Part shown: positions 60,832 through 64,000 of the stretch, piece after piece | Position numbering within the stretch: position 1 is the first letter of the stretch | Layout of the letters: the number at the start of each line of letters is the position of its first letter | Sequence record: OR062946.1 | Origin: Escherichia phage 310Ecol104PP | Direction: 5' to 3' (one strand) | DNA length: 64,000 nt | Made by a program: the position numbers and the translations under genes | Notes under the pieces: generated by a model | Told to the model about the DNA's origin: nothing | What the model saw: only the letters and a program-made list of their open reading frames with translations | Database searches by the model: none

Positions 60832-61434
60832 TTATAGATTAAATCCTTCAAAATCAAGAGTATAGATAGTGTATGTTGAATACTTTTTATACTCGTATCT
60901 ATCCGCAATTCTAAATACACTTCCAGCTGGTATCATTACTTCCTGTTCATCTGAAACTAATTCCATATTACGATAACGATGGCTATCCGGAAATTTAAAA
61001 CTCGGACTATATTCTTTACAACGTAGAGCTTTTATAGCATACTCCTGAAAATTAAATACCATAGGAGCTTTAAATTCAAAAATAACTTGTGTGTTGTATT
61101 CTAATCCAGAAGCAAAATGTAGAGCTATATTTTTATCATATGAAGCTGATACTACTTTATCAAATGTAATAATATCAATTCCTTGATTTAACACCTGCTT
61201 AGTCTCAACTGGAACACCTCTCCAAAGAGGTTTATCGTTTGGTTCCAAACGAGATTTGATTATTTCATTTAACCAAGAATGATCGTCTGGCTTATTAGTA
61301 ATACAATGAATTAAAAGTTCAATTTCAGATAAATTAAATCCTTCAGAAAGTAATTCTTCACGAATAGAAGCACGCACCGATGCATCCATTGATTTGATTT
61401 TAAAATCTTTTAATTGCATTGCTGAATATTTCAT
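60832..61434 (-). CDS. modA: ADP-ribosyltransferase ModA
   Basis: 200 aa, same length as T4 ModA; R...S-x-S...E-x-E layout (LWRG, SAS, EQEV). Confidence 0.85.
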   Translation of the reverse strand: MKYSAMQLKDFKIKSMDASVRASIREELLSEGFNLSEIELLIHCITNKPDDHSWLNEIIKSRLEPNDKPLWRGVPVETKQVLNQGIDIITFDKVVSASYDKNIALHFASGLEYNTQVIFEFKAPMVFNFQEYAIKALRCKEYSPSFKFPDSHRYRNMELVSDEQEVMIPAGSVFRIADRYEYKKYSTYTIYTLDFEGFNL

Positions 61435-62054
61435 TCAACTACCTCAATATCATACACTTTAAATGTTCCAAATGAATCGTGTAATTTTTCTTTTGAAATA
61501 GAAGTTATTTTATACTTTCCAATTGGAATCATCCATTCTTGTTCATGTACAATCATCATTAAGTTATCAGTACGTTCTGAATCTAATCCATCAGTATCTT
61601 CATATGTATACTTAAACTCAGTATTAGGAGAAGAAAGTATAATATCGCTGATATGGTCAGAGTAATTAAAAGCTTTATCAGTTTTTAAGCGAAGTACTAT
61701 TTCAGTGAAATATTCAGCATAAGAAAAAGAACACGCTGTATGCAAACTAGTAGTAAATGAATCTACTCTGTTCGTTGAAAACACTTCTCCAACTTGTAAA
61801 TCTTTAATGAGTTCTTTTGTCGATTTTGATATACCACGATATAACTGATAAGGTGATTCAGTTAAATGCTTTTTAATGATTTTATTCAACTGCCGATGAA
61901 GAGCTTCATTCTTTTTGGCTTCCATACATTGCCAAAGAACTGACTGTTCAAAGTCAGTAAATTTTTCACAGACCTTTTTATACATATCATATTGAAAATC
62001 GACACTTTCAGCTTTTATAGATAACTGTTCAACATCTGCAGGATTAATAATCAT
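61431..62054 (-). CDS. modB: ADP-ribosyltransferase ModB
   Basis: Start at Met 5 with GGAGG RBS gives 207 aa as in T4 ModB; tandem with modA. Confidence 0.8.
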   Translation of the reverse strand: MIINPADVEQLSIKAESVDFQYDMYKKVCEKFTDFEQSVLWQCMEAKKNEALHRQLNKIIKKHLTESPYQLYRGISKSTKELIKDLQVGEVFSTNRVDSFTTSLHTACSFSYAEYFTEIVLRLKTDKAFNYSDHISDIILSSPNTEFKYTYEDTDGLDSERTDNLMMIVHEQEWMIPIGKYKITSISKEKLHDSFGTFKVYDIEVVE

Positions 62055-62080
62055 GATAGCCTCCATATACTTCAGAAGCT

Positions 62081-62110
62081 ATCATATCATCGTTAGAAAG
62101 GAAAGTAAAC
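62081..62110 (-). promoter_or_regulatory. T4-type early promoter upstream of modB (GTTTAC, 18 nt, TATGAT)
   Basis: Read on minus strand. Confidence 0.5.
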
Positions 62111-62121
62111 AACTTTTTGAA

Positions 62122-62304
62122 TTATTTTGCCCAGGGAGCCCAGGGCGGAGGGTCAAGATGGTATGAAGCTAGTTCTTCTAGAAGAGCATCTGGGGCTTCA
62201 ATTCCATAATTCTGTAATACTATACGGTACTCTTTCTTATAATCACTAGAATCATTCTGGATATTCGTAGAATGATTATCTTCTAACATCTCAAATAAAT
62301 CCAT
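62122..62304 (-). CDS. hypothetical protein, 60 aa
   Basis: ORF in operon context. Confidence 0.4.
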   Translation of the reverse strand: MDLFEMLEDNHSTNIQNDSSDYKKEYRIVLQNYGIEAPDALLEELASYHLDPPPWAPWAK

Positions 62305-62312
62305 ATTAATTC

Positions 62313-62783
62313 CTAGCGATAAAAACCAAAATAACGATTAGTTTCAATAATCTTTCTTTCTTCTTCTGACATTCTCCAGCGTAGTCCAACATCAAAATGA
62401 GCCCAGACCATCTTAACAAATGCATTTATATCTTTAATATCTTCAATAATGAATGTTTTACTTTTAGAAGGTTGACTAACTAATTTAACTTTATCGTCTT
62501 CAAACAGGTCAAAAAGACCATATTCATGAGCTCTTTTATAGCCTTTAATAGTTAAAGCTTCAGAAGAAGAAAATGGTGAATCAGTATTCTGCAAAATATC
62601 TTCAGTATGCTTTATAATTAGAATAACATTTTCTGGATATTTTCTTTCTTTTATATCTTTAATTAAAAGATCCGGATTTTCTGCTAAAGGAATAATTAAT
62701 GAGCACTTTTTATCAAGTGTATTTACTGATTTACCTTCTTTGGACATAAATTCTATTGAATAATGTTTTGCTACTTCAATCAT
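62313..62783 (-). CDS. hypothetical protein, 156 aa
   Basis: ORF in operon context. Confidence 0.5.
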   Translation of the reverse strand: MIEVAKHYSIEFMSKEGKSVNTLDKKCSLIIPLAENPDLLIKDIKERKYPENVILIIKHTEDILQNTDSPFSSSEALTIKGYKRAHEYGLFDLFEDDKVKLVSQPSKSKTFIIEDIKDINAFVKMVWAHFDVGLRWRMSEEERKIIETNRYFGFYR

Positions 62784-62936
62784 GTGATTTCCTCTTGCCT
62801 ACTAATGGGCCGTCAGGAATTTTGTTTTCCTGGATATATTTCTCATTTTCTTCCATCATTTTACTGCCAATTTTAAGAAGCAAATCCAATGCTTCATTTG
62901 CTTTAGCCTTGGCCTCTTCTAGCGTCATATCTCTGT

Positions 62937-63140
62937 TCACGATTTATCCCCATAGATGTCTCTCATCAATTTAAGCGCTGAGCGTTCTAATTTCTTTTCT
63001 TTCTCAGCACTAATCATTGATTTCATCCATTCTTCTGATTCGTTCTGCATTTCTTTATTTGCTTGTTCAACCCAACCATCATCAATGTACATTGAGTTTG
63101 GTCTACTGAACCATTCAAGCATTTTCTTCAGAACTTTCAT
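62937..63140 (-). CDS. hypothetical protein, 67 aa
   Basis: ORF in operon context. Confidence 0.4.
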   Translation of the reverse strand: MKVLKKMLEWFSRPNSMYIDDGWVEQANKEMQNESEEWMKSMISAEKEKKLERSALKLMRDIYGDKS

Positions 63141-63612
63141 TTGTTTTACCTAAAACAACAGTAGGAGCATCATCAAATTCATGAATTTTTAGCAAATTTG
63201 GATGTAAACTATTCCATACAGAAGAAATAAAGTATGATAAAGCATCTTCACTCACAATTATAAATTTATTTCCTTTATCTATTTTCCAGCTATATACTGA
63301 ATCATACGAATAGAAAGATAAAGGTTTATCATTATATTGTTCTGCGCTAACATTAATGTATTCGGATTTAGTAAATGCTTCAATTGCTCTAAACGGAATA
63401 TTTGGTACAGTTTCAATAATTCCGATCTTTTTAAGTTTTATTTCAGCATCTTCTGGAACTGGCATTGAAACAAAATTTTCTACGAGATACATTGGGTCAC
63501 AATAACCCTTATCAATCATTACTGCTACTGTAATTGGAACATCTTTAGCAAACGACATACTATTACTACTAATATACATTTCAAACAAAATCGCTTCCAT
63601 AATTTTCCTCAA
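63115..63612 (-). CDS. hypothetical protein, 165 aa
   Basis: ORF in operon context. Confidence 0.5.
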   Translation of the reverse strand: MRKIMEAILFEMYISSNSMSFAKDVPITVAVMIDKGYCDPMYLVENFVSMPVPEDAEIKLKKIGIIETVPNIPFRAIEAFTKSEYINVSAEQYNDKPLSFYSYDSVYSWKIDKGNKFIIVSEDALSYFISSVWNSLHPNLLKIHEFDDAPTVVLGKTNESSEENA

Positions 63613-63950
63613 TCACAAGATGTAGATGAACAACTAGAATCACAAGAACTTCCACACGAATCGCCCGTCCATACATGAACAGGAACATTAGTGTCATATG
63701 AATCAGAACTAGACTGTGTATTCTGTGTATTAGATGATGCAGTAGGTGTTGACCAGCGCCAAGGATTTTTATAATATTCTTGGGCTTCTTCATAAGTCAT
63801 AGTAACTGCTTCTACTGTTCCATCTCCCATATAAACATACTCAACTACAGTTAAAGGAAGATAGTCATTTGAAATAGGAACTACACCTTCTCCCGGAGTT
63901 GTAGAGAAAAAATCTGTAAAGAAACTTTTAAACCAATTAAAGATAAACAT
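63609..63950 (-). CDS. hypothetical protein with Ser/Cys-rich C-terminal tail, 113 aa
   Basis: C-terminus ...[15 protein letters not shown]. Confidence 0.45.
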   Translation of the reverse strand: MFIFNWFKSFFTDFFSTTPGEGVVPISNDYLPLTVVEYVYMGDGTVEAVTMTYEEAQEYYKNPWRWSTPTASSNTQNTQSSSDSYDTNVPVHVWTGDSCGSSCDSSCSSTSCD

Positions 63951-64000
63951 TACAAAAAGCCTCTTTGAAATTCGACTCTTTGAAATCCACCCCAGTCAGT

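Overview
This 64 kb window reads as a contiguous stretch of a T4-like (T-even) myophage genome, colinear with phage T4 from the end of gene 48 through gene 54, alt, 30, rIII, 31, cd, pseT, alc, rnlA, denA, nrdB, nrdA, td, frd, 32, 59, 33, dsbA, rnh, the long-tail-fibre genes 34-38, holin t, asiA, arn, motA, 52, ac, stp, ndd, denB, rIIB, rIIA, 39, dexA, dda, srd, modA and modB. All identifications rest on reading the translated ORFs against remembered T4 proteins and on gene order; no database search was run. Late genes (48, 54, 34-38, t) are on the plus strand and the early/middle genes form long minus-strand operons with overlapping stop/start codons. Several traits are T2-like rather than T4-like: td and nrdB are uninterrupted, no homing-endonuclease genes sit at the nrdA-nrdB or 32-59 junctions, gene 39 is one continuous ORF, and the fibre tip is a gp37 with a C-terminal autoprotease-type domain plus a glycine-rich gp38 adhesin. 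Regulatory signals visible directly are T4-type early promoters (GTTTAC at -35, TGGTACTAT-like -10), late promoters (TATAAATA) and many GC-rich tetraloop hairpins. No tRNA, CRISPR array or transposon was seen. I did not find a clearly novel system; the points most worth follow-up are the tandem Alt paralogs, a NADAR-domain protein, an extra ORF between frd and td, and clusters of unannotated small ORFs.
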